A DNA stretch of 64,000 nucleotides from NCBI GenBank assembly GCA_951406725.2, contig OX597837.1, positions 1,302,001-1,366,000 on the forward strand, written 5' to 3'. The notes under the pieces are model-generated. The model did not search any database and was not told the DNA's origin. It saw only the letters and a list, made by a program, of their open reading frames with translations. Source of the stretch: Octopus vulgaris (taxonomy: Eukaryota). The position numbers were made by a program, and so were the translations under genes. Shown here in pieces: positions 51,512-64,000 of this stretch (within the stretch, counting starts at the first letter, position 1; the number at the start of each line of letters is the position of its first letter).

Positions 51512-52670
51512 TGACTGATTTTCCTTCCACCCATCACACGCCTTTCTCTTCTTTTTACAGAAACGTCTTGTAGTCTATTGAAATTCTATAATTTCTTCTG
51601 TTCGTTAGTGCGAATATGAGTAGTTGGCTGGCTGGGCGGTTGGGTGACGTGTTTTAATACCTGCAGAGAGGCAGGTATCATCTTCATGCATCTGTGTCAT
51701 TACCAACACCACATCACCCGATCACCACGGCAACGCCAGCTTGACAATTACCATCACAACAAAAATCATTACCATCCCTACACCACCTCAAAAGTGGCCA
51801 CCACTACAATCTCCAACACCTGAGCAACACCAACGCATAATACCAAAATCACCAACACTGCAAACAACAACAGCAAAGAAGCAATAGTGACCACCACCAC
51901 AAGAGTACCATAGCATTAGTACTCCTAACGCCACTAGCGACATCACCATCTTTAACACCTGAATACCACCACCACGATTACCATCATCACCAACACCCAA
52001 ACTATAACAGCCTAAGTGACTCCCCATCAAAAGAATTTGGAGACCACATATAATCCTCTCACCCTAAACATATCTAAAAATTTACACATTTATATGGAGC
52101 AAGATTTATGGTTCTTTACGGTGAAGTATGGTGTGCAGAAAGAAAAGCTAAGAATTAGGGGATGAGCATGTGTGTAAAGGGTAATTGTACACGGAGGCGG
52201 GCATGTCTTCGTTGCATTTGTAAATCGTGCCATTTGTGGAATTGTTGTGACAGTGAGGAATTATGGGAAAGCATTCTTTTGTGAAGAAATTGCTAAAAAG
52301 ACTAAAGTACTAAAACTGTATGAATATGTGGGTAAGAAGGTGCGGGTGAAGGGTGTGGGAAGCAGGAAAGAGAAGGGGAAGATTCAGGAGAAAAGACGGA
52401 GGAGGAAAAGGGGGAATAAAACGCCTACAATAACAACAACAGCAGCGACTACAACAAGAACATGAACGATAAAGCGAACATCAATAACAGCTTGAAAATA
52501 GTGTATATATGTGTGTGTGTGTGTAATACACACGCACGCAAACACACACACAATTCCATATACATAAGCGCATTCATGTGCATGCACATATGTGTGCATT
52601 TGTCTATCACGTTACATGCGTACATAAATACATACATTCATATGTACTTATACTCATACATGTGTGTGTA

Positions 52671-52701
<31 letters not shown>

Positions 52702-52983
52702 ACATATATTTAGTCGTATACAGAAGCATAAACTACAAGTGGCGAAAAGTTCTCTACAGTACGACCTGCAAAAGAAAGTAAAAAAAAACACACACACACA
52801 CACAAGCGTATATATCGAACTTTCCTCCATAGAAGTGGGTTCTTGTTATCAAATATTCAGATATTCTTTCAAGTTACGTTGAAGGTTGTATCTAAAAGAT
52901 ATTTGGTAATGGCCTGAAAGAGAGAGGGCGTTTTTTAAACAAAGGTGACATGCCGAAGCAATAAAAAATATATCGGTTTAGTG

Positions 52984-53022
<39 letters not shown>

Positions 53023-53627
53023 GTAGTAGTAGTAGTAGTAGTAGTAGTTTTTGCCTATATATAGGCCGACATTTCCTTCTAAACTGACTTCTTATCTTTT
53101 TGCTATTTTCATCTTTTGTCAATATTTTTCCTTTTTTCCTTTTTTTTTTCAATCTTTTCTTTTTGTTGTTACACTTTTAAACCTGAGCATGTTATCTGTT
53201 GTTGCTAAAAATAAGGAATATGAAAGAATGCCATTAGTCTGCTGAATTGTGGAATTTTGGTCTCTGCTTTGCTGGCATTTGCTATGAAGACTTTTGGCCA
53301 TTCGCTGTCTGTAGGTGATAGCAGAAAATGTAGTTCCGAGTGATGCTCATTGTTCAGGAGACGTGGAATATTTCTGGTGAACTCCAAAACATTGAATAAA
53401 CACACACACACACATACACATATATTCACCTCCCACACATATATTTACTAAGGGATTTATTTAGTTCTATATTTATTAGTTTCGTAGACGTTGGGCTCAA
53501 GTTGTACGAATCTGCACCTGCGAAACTTCGAGTAATGTCGAAATGAGCTAATTCGTTATGAAATACTTAAAACTAAATGTGAGACGCGTGCTACATTCTT
53601 TCCTCCTTTTTTTTTCTCCTGCCTGAA

Positions 53628-53698
<71 letters not shown>

Positions 53699-54467
53699 CT
53701 GAGACATACGAAGCAGCGCCAAAAACGTATACAATCATATTCAAGACGATCGTGTACATTTGGACAGGAGAAGACTTTTTGCTGTGAAAGTATTCCCAGT
53801 AGAAAGTTCTCCTCACAGGTTTTATGTAAAAGACATAATTATATATTCGAAAACTAACATCAGGGCAGCATAGATACACCTGCATACATATTCATGTATA
53901 AATATGTATCTAGCTATATATACCAAGTAGATATTATGTAGGTAGGGTTAAAATGTGCTGCAAGCTGTATCCTCTTGAAGCACATTTGCGTATTCTAGTA
54001 TTCCAAATCCGTACGTAGATATTATATGTTTGTGAGGTACCTACAAGCGTTGAAAATTCCGGAAATATTGTTTGCAGAGGTATTACGTATGAAGACAGGA
54101 AATAGGGAAAACATTTATTTTGGTATTATTTTTTCACCATTACACACGTTTCATTACGAAATTGTAAAGTTATTCAGACAGAGAATCAAATGGAACATAT
54201 GTAATGGTAAATGAATGATAGATAGATAGGTTGTAAATGGACAGGTCGATATTGGAAGAAGGTAGAAAGAAACAGGAAATTAAATATATATATTTAAAAA
54301 AGTCCTTCTCAAATACTGATTCTAATCAAACAATACAACACTGAGCGAAACTAGTGGTGAAACTTTATTCCTAACATAGCGAAAAGCTTATTTCGTAACC
54401 ATTAACTGCAAATTTTACAGTTCGAGTAAATATATCTTTGTTAAAACACCTAAGTACAACTCTGTAT

Positions 54468-54551
<84 letters not shown>

Positions 54552-55075
54552 GCACACAGTCATTTGCAACTCTATTCAACTAACAAAAGATGGAGTCAAA
54601 CAACCAAAACTCACGCGCAGAAGAAAAGTATCACAGGAGAGATAATGAAATAAATAAATAAAACATTCCACTCAATATGCTATATTTTCAATAAGGTCAC
54701 ATGATAAGTGCTTCTTTCTGCGCAAGAGAATATATACATACATACATACATACACGTGATAAGATGCAAGGGAAAGAGAAAATCGATAGAGAAATAGATT
54801 ATGTGAGATAGAGGCAAATAGGTAGATAAGGAGAGAGAGAGAGTGAGAGAGAGACTGTGTGTGTGTGTGACAGAGGGGATTCCTAAACGGCTAGAAATGA
54901 CTTAGTGAAAGAGTGTAAAAATCCAATTACAGCTCGATAGAATTTTGTCCATGGAGAAAGGAATGTTTGAGTAAAGTATTCGAAGAACTTTAGTGAAAGC
55001 ACACACCAGCATCAGTTTAGAATTGGTTACTTCTTGAAGATTTATGCGGAATTTAGTTGTTTCTCGCACACCCCA

Positions 55076-55109
<34 letters not shown>

Positions 55110-55954
55110 CATATGCATGCCCAAATTTATGTATGTATATGTATATACGACGCTGGCTGGGAAGAAAAGGACTATTTCATATTTTTAAGTGAACTGTTTA
55201 TTTAATTCGATCGACTGAGCCCAACAGCGTCAACCGTTGGCGTTTGGCTTATACGAAAAGTTCAGATCGCCATATTGGAATATATATTGTTACGTGCTTC
55301 CGTCTTCTCCTACGTGTGTGTGTGTATGTGTGTGTGTGTGTGTGTGTGTGCGTGGTGGTGATGTCCTTCCAGCAAGTTGAATGTAGAGATTTCTTTGGAA
55401 TTGGAAAAGATGTATTATAAGACTATTACCAGCTTTATATTGGGAAACGACAACTAACTGTCATTTGTGTACGCCATCTTCACCGATGCTGTTCACATTT
55501 AATCTTTTACCACTACGCCTCCACCTCCTTGTTCATCTCCTCCTCCTCCTCCTCCTCCTACTGCTACTGCTGCTGCATATATGCTTTCCGTTTTCATGGA
55601 CTACCACAAAATAGAGCAGGATTAACGGTAAGATAGACGGATAGAAGGATCGTTGGATGGATAGAAAGACAAAGGGTGAGAGGCGGAGTAGAAAACGTCA
55701 TAGGGCGGGATGTTAGCTTTTCCGGTTGTTTTCGTGACATGGTCGGTTTTGTGTTCGTGACATTCCGGTTAGTTTCGTGACGTTTACATTGACTTCATCT
55801 ATTAACATCCACTCCACTCCCTTCGTCAACTAGTTTCCGATGACAGGGTTCAATTCTCCCTTCTTTATGCTTTGTGTTTTTTTTTCTAAATTTTATTTAA
55901 TTATTTATTCAACTTAATTAGTTATTCGTTATTCTTTTTGTTGTTGTTGTTGTT

Positions 55955-56130
55955 TCGCCCTTGGTCAGACTTAATTCGGAATACCTATGGCCAAATTTAA
56001 TCTCATACAGTTTTGTTCAGACCCAGTGTATTAAGGACTACATTATCTGATGTATCCATGAAAACCATGTAAGGTTTGGATTTGTGCGAAATTTGGCTGC
56101 TATTTTCCAGTCACGTGGACGGATCCTCAT
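55955..56130 (+). repeat. Family D dispersed repeat
   Basis: GCCCTTGGTCAGAC...AGGACTACATTATC...ATTTGGCTGCTATTTTCCAG. Confidence 0.6.
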
Positions 56131-56405
56131 TTACGGAATGCTATTAATTTTTGTTGGTGGAAGTGATGTTGATTGTGGTAATGATGATGATGGCAGTGGC
56201 AATGACGATGATGATGAGGATGATAATGATGATGACAATTGTGATGATGATTCTCTTCCTCTGGACCTTCTGAAACTAATTGTTGATCTCCTTTTTATTG
56301 TCATTTTCATTGTTGATGTTGTTGTCATTGCTACTTCAACATTTTTGTTTTGCTATTGTTGTTGTTGTCATTGTTCCATTTTCTTGTCGCTGTTATAGTT
56401 GTAAT

Positions 56406-56660
56406 CAGTGGTGGACTGGGTCTAATAATATTGGTTGCCAGAGGACTAAGGGGGCCAACCCGCAACTACAGGGGGGGGGGGCACCCGCAACTACAGAGGG
56501 GGGGGGGGCAACCCACAACTACAATGCTATCATTTAATTTTATTTTTTGTTAAAAGTATTCTTTTCAACTGTCTACAAACACAGCCAGGTTGAAATAATG
56601 CATACTAACATGGGCCCCAATATATGGACTCTAATAGCGCAGGGGGCCCACTTTCAGTCT
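56406..56660. mobile_element. Possible non-autonomous DNA transposon with an internal ~25-bp tandem repeat
   Basis: Starts CAGTGGTGGACTGGG (TIR-like), GGGCCC motifs, (ACCCGCAACTACAG(G)n) x3 at 56458-56523; right TIR only partly visible (CAGTCT). Confidence 0.4.
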
Positions 56661-56965
56661 AAGTGCGTGGCACCCTGTGCAAGTATTACCTTCTATAGCC
56701 CAGGGCAGATCACTTCCTTTTGAGTGAATTTAGCGGACAAAACTGTGTGGAAGCCAGTTGTGTGTGTGTGTGTGTGTGCGCTTGACAATCCAATGCTGGT
56801 TTGTTTATAACACGGGACCTGAGCGGTTCAGCAAAAGAAACCGATAAGACAAATACCAGACTTCGAAATAATAAGTACCGAGGTTGATTTCATTAAGTAA
56901 ATCATTGGAGGGGCGTCAGGACCATAGCCGCATCACCACCACTGAAACGAATAAAAGTGAAAAGA
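56660..56965 (+). mobile_element. SINE family A, diverged and 5'-truncated
   Basis: GCGTGGCACCCTGTGCAAGT...CTTGACAA...GAGCGGTTCAGCAAAAGAAACCGAT...ACTGAAAC. Confidence 0.8.
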
Positions 56966-57409
56966 CAAAGGAAATATTGAATTCGTACTTGGGGGTCTTT
57001 ATAAAAAAAATGTTGCATTTACTTTACCGGTTTCATAATTTCTTGATTTTTAATAGTAGTGTGAGATGGAAAGCCCTGACGCTATGCTGCACTGGTGCTA
57101 TGCTGTACTAGCATTATATCGTATTTGTCTCGACTACACACATACTCTCACACACACCCACACACATACGCACACATACACACACGCTTAATATCATGGG
57201 TGAATCTAGACTTCAATCAATGTTTATTATGAAACCTGCGTCGAATACAAATACCCAAGCACACGCATTTACACACACGGAGACCCAATACATGCAGAAA
57301 CACACTTATACCCAAATTCTGTCACATGACAGAATCAAATAAGTAGTACAGACATTAGGAATGGCAAAATACAAGATAGAAAAGACAGGTGCGGCAATTT
57401 TTCTACTAA

Positions 57410-58040
57410 CATCAAAGGTAGATGCAATCAGAATACGGTAAATGGGAAGCCGAAATCGAAAGAATTGAGTCAGATGGAAGGAGGTCAGTTGAGAAAACGT
57501 CGACATCAAAAAATATTAATAATGAAGCCAAAAAAAAAAAGAAGAAAGAAAAATTATTGAAATGTTATGCAAGGTCTGCTATATGTTGGAATTATTGGTA
57601 TGTGGAACCGAAATAAGAACATTAACCAAAGTATTATCAATTATGGAATCTGTTAGAAAAGCTTTGCGGTGGAGACTTTTAGAAGACTTTTGAGAATATC
57701 ATGGACAGAAATGAAAACCAATGATGAACAAAGAATGGTAAAAATTAAGAAACTTTTATTTGAGATCATCAAAGAGAGAAAATTGAAATATTGTGGACAC
57801 TTAATTAGGGAAAAATAGCTTAATGGGTCTGTTAAAGGAAAAATAAAATGAATAGGAGATGGGGACCGAGAATTAGGTGAATGGATAATGTGAAGAATTG
57901 GACAGACTTTAAAAAATGAAATGAATGTACAAGAATGGAACCAGAAATATCAAGGTTGCTATTCGTGGTATTGAACCAATCGAGAGCAGATGCTAACCTG
58001 ACGATGATGATGAAGATGGCGATGATGAAGTTGATGACTG

Positions 58041-58080
<40 letters not shown>

Positions 58081-58110
58081 GATGAGGATGATGATGATGG
58101 TGATGATATC
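57410..58110 (+). mobile_element. RTE-clade LINE 3' end with a (GAT)n tail, pseudogenised
   Basis: Translated blocks GKWEAEIER, LLKCY, ETFRRLLRISWTEMKTNDE, KLKYCGHLIR, GPRIR*MDNVKNWT are hallmark RTE/BovB-like C-terminal motifs; followed directly by (GAT)n. Confidence 0.85.
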
Positions 58111-58265
58111 AAAGATGAGAGGCAGGAGCTAATATAAATGAGTTGGATGCGGGAGTGATGTACATACATAGGCAGACGAACAAACATATATTAGACAGCC
58201 AGCGACAAACAGACAGACAGATGCAAAGAAACATCCATTCTGTGTGTTTGTTATTAATGACTGAA

Positions 58266-58298
<33 letters not shown>

Positions 58299-58327
58299 GT
58301 TGTGGTTGTTGTTGTTGTTGTTGTTGT

Positions 58328-58374
<47 letters not shown>

Positions 58375-59781
58375 TTGAATTCGTTAAAAGTCTGATCAAC
58401 GATGTCTAGTTTGACGCATGCGTATATTTGACCATCACTGATTAGACAGCTTATTTTCACAAAGATTAAATTCACACCACAGTCTCGCACTCAAAGAAAA
58501 TAATAAAAAAAGAACAAGAAGTATATAACCCCCCCCCCCAATAAAAAACAAAATAAGCAATAAAAACAACTACATAAAGTTATTCCAAAAGCAGAAAAAA
58601 AGAAGATAAAATTAATACGATTTATCAAACCCTGAACGGATTAAACTAATATAAATTTCAACATGATTTCAAAATCTGTTGAGCAGCTCTCATCACTATT
58701 ATTCCAGAATTCAACAACCCCACCACACACACACCGTCCATTTATTAAGCAAATATATTCGTCATGATTACGTAACAGAATCGAAGAAGGGGGAGAAACA
58801 GGTGGTTGATATACTCCGATTCTTAACCATTATTGCAAGCTTTCGTCCTTTTTGCCTTCTTTTGTTTCTGCGTTTTATCTCTCTTCTTTTTATAATGAAT
58901 TATAATTGAGATAACTAATTAAAGGGGTTTTTTTTTGTACTTGGTATTTTGAAAATATTTTTTTTTTATTTGACAGAAGACGAAGACTGATTGGTCGAAG
59001 CATAAAAACGGCTTACCTCAGTCTCCTCTTCTTCTTTCTTTACTTCGCTATTTATCTCCTCCTTTTCCTCCTTCTTAACTTTGTTAGTATCTCCTCCCCC
59101 TCTTTCACCTCCTCCCTTCTCTTTCTCAGTGTCATCGTTATCGTCGCCGAAATCATTGCTGTTTACGTGAGACTACATCTATCCCTAACCACTTGGACGC
59201 TGAATATTTCCCCTGTTCCTTTCTATTTATGCCCACTCTCTCTCACTCTCTCAGTTACACACTCTCTCTCAGTCGTTCTCTCTCTGTCTCTCTCAGTCGT
59301 TTTCTCTCTCTCTCTCTCTCTGTCATTCTCTCTCTCACTATTCTTTCGGTCTCCCTGGGGTGTCTGACGTGAATTGCAATGTTTCGGTGTAATCTTAACA
59401 CACGCCCAAATGCACACAAACCCATCACCTACACACTCAACCACATGTACACACACATACGCACACACACGCACACTTTTATTTGCCTACATACATGCAC
59501 ACACAATATGCGTGACTGTACAGACAAACATATAGACATACATACGCAGATATGTACACGATTCTACTCCTAGCCACCCTTACATAAAACTCCACTCCCC
59601 ATCCTCGTCGATGAGAGCCTATTACAGATACTCCAGTCTTTCGATACACTTTAGCACCACTCTCAGACAGGGTGCAATCCAAAATTACGAAGAATATTTT
59701 CTCTGTATAAAAGACGTCATCGAGTCATTCCGAAGCGAAGTGTCTGGATTTAAAACGTGTCACAAAAACCGAAGAATGGGG

Positions 59782-59849
59782 ATTAAAATCATTCTGAAGA
59801 AAAGAAAGGTTGCTAGTCTATAAAAACCAAATGAAATTACTTGACTTTC
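59782..59849 (+). repeat. 68-bp direct repeat, copy 1
   Basis: 67/68 identical to 60853-60920. Confidence 0.95.
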
Positions 59850-60760
59850 TCATCCAAAGTGCTTTCGATATATCTATTGGAAGTTGCACAGTCTAAATAA
59901 GTAACTTCTTGGGAATAGGTGGGGTTTCCACGTGTGCGCGGGCGTGTATATTGTCAGGTGGAGTGTAAAGTTGGGGTATTTTCAGAGAAGCACTCGACCT
60001 GAATACTTAGCTATCAATACTGCCGGGTTCCAAGCCAAAGCCGGAAATCCTCAGGTGATGAAAATCCAAGTCTCACGACAATTACACCGTAAAGAAAGTT
60101 TGGCGAAGAGTAAAGAATCTAAACAACAGGACAAAGAAAATTCTTTAACACATCTTTAATGATTCTTTACAACTGTTTCTGCCCCATCTCTATTGGCAAC
60201 GGCAGTTTACACAAAAATTTACGTAATGTTTGTGGGTTTTTGACGTTAGGGAGGCCGTTCAAATTTCTATCAAAGGTCTGCTGTCACACGATGCGTCTTT
60301 CAGATCTAGTATTTTGGTTTATATCGAGTGTGTATATATATAATATAATCAGGTAGAAAGTATTTTAGTAGGGAAACACACGTGATGGATATATAAAGAA
60401 AGAGAAACGACGAAAAAATGCACAATATTTGTTTTACAGGATTTAATAGTATATTATTGCCATGATAATAAAGATATTATGCAATTTTGTATAAAATAAG
60501 GTTTTGTTCTTTCAATATAATTGAAGTAAGGACCGGTTTCGCATTGCTCATCAAGCTGAGAGTTGAAAAGGATATATTGCTTGGGGGGGCCTCTAGAAAT
60601 TTATCTTTTTCAACTTTCAGTCTGACTAACAATGCGAAACTGTTCATTTCTGCAATTATATTGAAAGAACAAAAACCTTATTTTATACAAAATTGTATAA
60701 TATCTTTATTATCATGGCTCTAATAGACTCTTAAATCTTGTAAAACAAATCTGTTTTTTC

Positions 60761-60797
<37 letters not shown>

Positions 60798-60852
60798 ATA
60801 TATACATACAGTCGGTGTACAAACAAACAGATGTATTAGTACAGCGCTCAGA

Positions 60853-60920
60853 ATTAAAATCATTCTGAAGAAAGGAAAGGTTGCTAGTCTATAAAAACCA
60901 AATGAAATTACTTGACTTTC
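60853..60920 (+). repeat. 68-bp direct repeat, copy 2
   Basis: 67/68 identical to 59782-59849. Confidence 0.95.
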
Positions 60921-61485
60921 AGGTAATGTGCTCATATAGATACACAACCTGATATCTGAGTATTCACTCATTCAGTCACCTTTGTATAGACATGCACGCA
61001 TATTTCACGATGATGTATTCGGGAGAAACAAAATAGGATCGAATCGAAATAACCCCCCCTCTTTCTCATTCACACATTCACACAGGCAGATATATGATCT
61101 ATTCATTAAGTAGTTAAACCCCTCTGCAAAAAATCCCAAATTTTATTTAATTTGCTTTGCGGGAAGGACTATTTCAACGAAGTCCTGTCTTGCCCTTACC
61201 TTCGAAACACGGAGTAGTCGAAGCAGGGGCACCTGAAGAAGGGGAATGTTCCTTGTGTTGTAATATCTTGTTCTCTGTTTTTTCGTTGTTTGAAAAGTCC
61301 GTTTCCATGTGTTTGTTTTTATGTCTTAGTTTCTCTCTATGTTATACGTTTTTTTCGGTGTCCTGTACCCATATATGGATGTATATATACATGTAGATGT
61401 TGGTACGTACATATATGTATGTATGCATATGTTTTATTTATTAATTTTTTATTATATGATCGAACGCCACGCATCCACTTCCAAG

Positions 61486-61733
<248 letters not shown>

Positions 61734-62021
61734 GTATGCATATATGTATATAGCAGGTTGCTTTCTATTATTTCTATTATAACTATAAAATTTTCTGTTC
61801 TGAAATCATAAAATCTTAACGAGAAAAGAAATATTTGAAAAGTACAACAAAACAAAACAAGAAGAAAAAAATCTCACTACAGACGCTTCATTTCTATTTT
61901 TCATTTGTTTTTAAAACACGAATGATATCACATGACCAATTTTTAATTATTCCATCCTGAATATAAATACACAGTAGATACACGTATCTGTGCCTATAAA
62001 TTCATATCAATGTGCCCCTAA

Positions 62022-62056
<35 letters not shown>

Positions 62057-62213
62057 TAGATAGATAGATAGATAGATATATATGCGTGTGTGTATGAGGG
62101 TGTTATATGTGATATATATTTTCTTGCATATGTATATATGTTTACATATATATATATATATGAGTTAGTTTCAGTGCGATTATAGACATGCAAATATATA
62201 TCTGTTAGTTTTA

Positions 62214-62258
<45 letters not shown>

Positions 62259-62632
62259 AAGACAACCACAAACATTCAAAGGGGAGAAAATGCCCACAGA
62301 AATCCTCTTAAAGTTCTTATTTAATAACTGAATCGGTCTTGTCACTCTTGTCAATATTTAAAAAAAAATATTAACTCCATCTTTATGATTAATTGCTTTG
62401 GTTGGCATGTTTTTGAAATACACACACACACACACCTCCACATCAACGCACACATATACATCTCCCCCACACACATACACAAACAAGATTTCGACAAAGC
62501 TCCCACTTGAAATTGTCAATTCGAGCAGACACGTTTTTCACTCTTCCTGTGTGTGTGTGTGTGTGTGTGTGCTTATGTATATATATGTGTGTATTTCAAA
62601 GCGAACGTATTGAAGTACATCGTAATCTATAG

Positions 62633-62687
<55 letters not shown>

Positions 62688-63043
62688 ATTCCAAGGAGAG
62701 AATAATATCCGCGCCACCTTTTCCAACGCATGACCTCCATCCCTATCAATAAAAATCCGATTATTTTTTAGAAATCTTCTTCAGATCTTCACTAAAGGTC
62801 TGGGACTAAGGACAGAAAGGAAAAGAAAAAGAATGAAAAAGAATTTCAAAAATATATCTATGGACTTGGAGACATTTTAAAATTGAGAAAGTGACATTTT
62901 TGGAATTCAGGAGGAACGCGCGCATACACACACACATACACACACCTATGTATCGAGTGTGTGTTTATAAGTATAAAGATGCTTTTTTTGTATAAATGTA
63001 AAAAGGTTATGCATAAGTATAAATATGTCAATATATTTGCACG

Positions 63044-63087
<44 letters not shown>

Positions 63088-63675
63088 TTTTTATATAGGT
63101 TGTTTGCACTTGATATGAGACAGAGCGAACGAGACCGTGATTCACTGACACACTCAAACGGGGACACACACATACACACAAAAAAACATAATCAGACTAA
63201 GAGACTCGACAGTAGACAGACAGTTATTTGATAGAGAGGCAATTGTATATTTCAGAGTATATCCAACACATGACTGAATTGTTCTAAATTCAAGGGACGC
63301 TACTCGTAGTGAGATAGCTAAACAAAGGCGCCATTATTTACGTCATTGTTTACGCTTTTAAGTGTAAGGGTTCAAAGCCTATCTTGGATTTTAAAGAGAT
63401 GACAAGCCAAGTTCTGGTGAATAAAGTGAAATGTCTTATAGAGAATGAAAGAACAAGAGAGAAAATTTATTTACAATTTTGTGGCATTACTTCTTGTTTT
63501 CTTATAGTGATTAATGTTGTTCTTGTTGTTATGTAGACTTATCTCTCATCCGCTCCTCAAGACTGTTCTAGTGATTGGTGTGTAAATTCATCATTATTGC
63601 TTGAGAACTGGCGCTAACACGCGACCTCTTAAAGGTAGCGTTTAGAAAGTGAAATATATATATATATATATATGC

Positions 63676-63717
<42 letters not shown>

Positions 63718-63730
63718 TGAAGAGGTAGAT

Positions 63731-63775
<45 letters not shown>

Positions 63776-64000
63776 AATATAAATAGAAATAGATAGGAAT
63801 ATATATAGAAATAGATAGACACACACACACACGTATACACACACGTGCGCTACTCCGTCGAACGAATGAGAAAGGAGTACTCAATACACGTTGCAGGGAT
63901 ATAGGTTTATTTACTTAAACTGACGATGAAATTTTATTTCGAAATTATTGTTTCATGCATGTGTGATCTTCAAGCAAACATTTCGTTCCGAGTTTCGCTT

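Noticed and set aside
63915-63955. Hammerhead-like CTGACGA-T-GAAAT/ATTTC-GAAA
   Set aside because: No valid stem III, UH cleavage site or stem I.

Overview
AT-rich, extremely microsatellite-dense eukaryotic non-coding DNA (intergenic or a large intron). The repeat content points to an octopod cephalopod genome (inference): three tRNA-derived SINE families resembling the Octopus OR/OK families, a fourth dispersed repeat, and long (AC)n/(AT)n/(ATAG)n tracts. I found no intact protein-coding gene; nearly all ORFs in the track are translations of simple repeats. Recognisable mobile-element relics are about 30 SINE copies, decayed LINEs (a Tx1/L1-type 3' end, two RTE 3' ends, a CR1-group 3' end, an APE endonuclease relic), hAT-Charlie-type MITEs and two long Penelope-like palindromes. 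The most unusual observation is an identical, non-repetitive 29-bp sequence at 31797-31825 and 41125-41153. It behaves like a 22-bp insert flanked by a GTG duplication, and at the second site it interrupts an otherwise open LINE reading frame. Other candidates are a four-way-junction RNA-like fold (43402-43501), a degenerate hammerhead-like motif (36925-37007), a 68-bp direct repeat pair (59782/60853), and nested or inverted SINEs. Repeat boundaries were placed by eye and are approximate.
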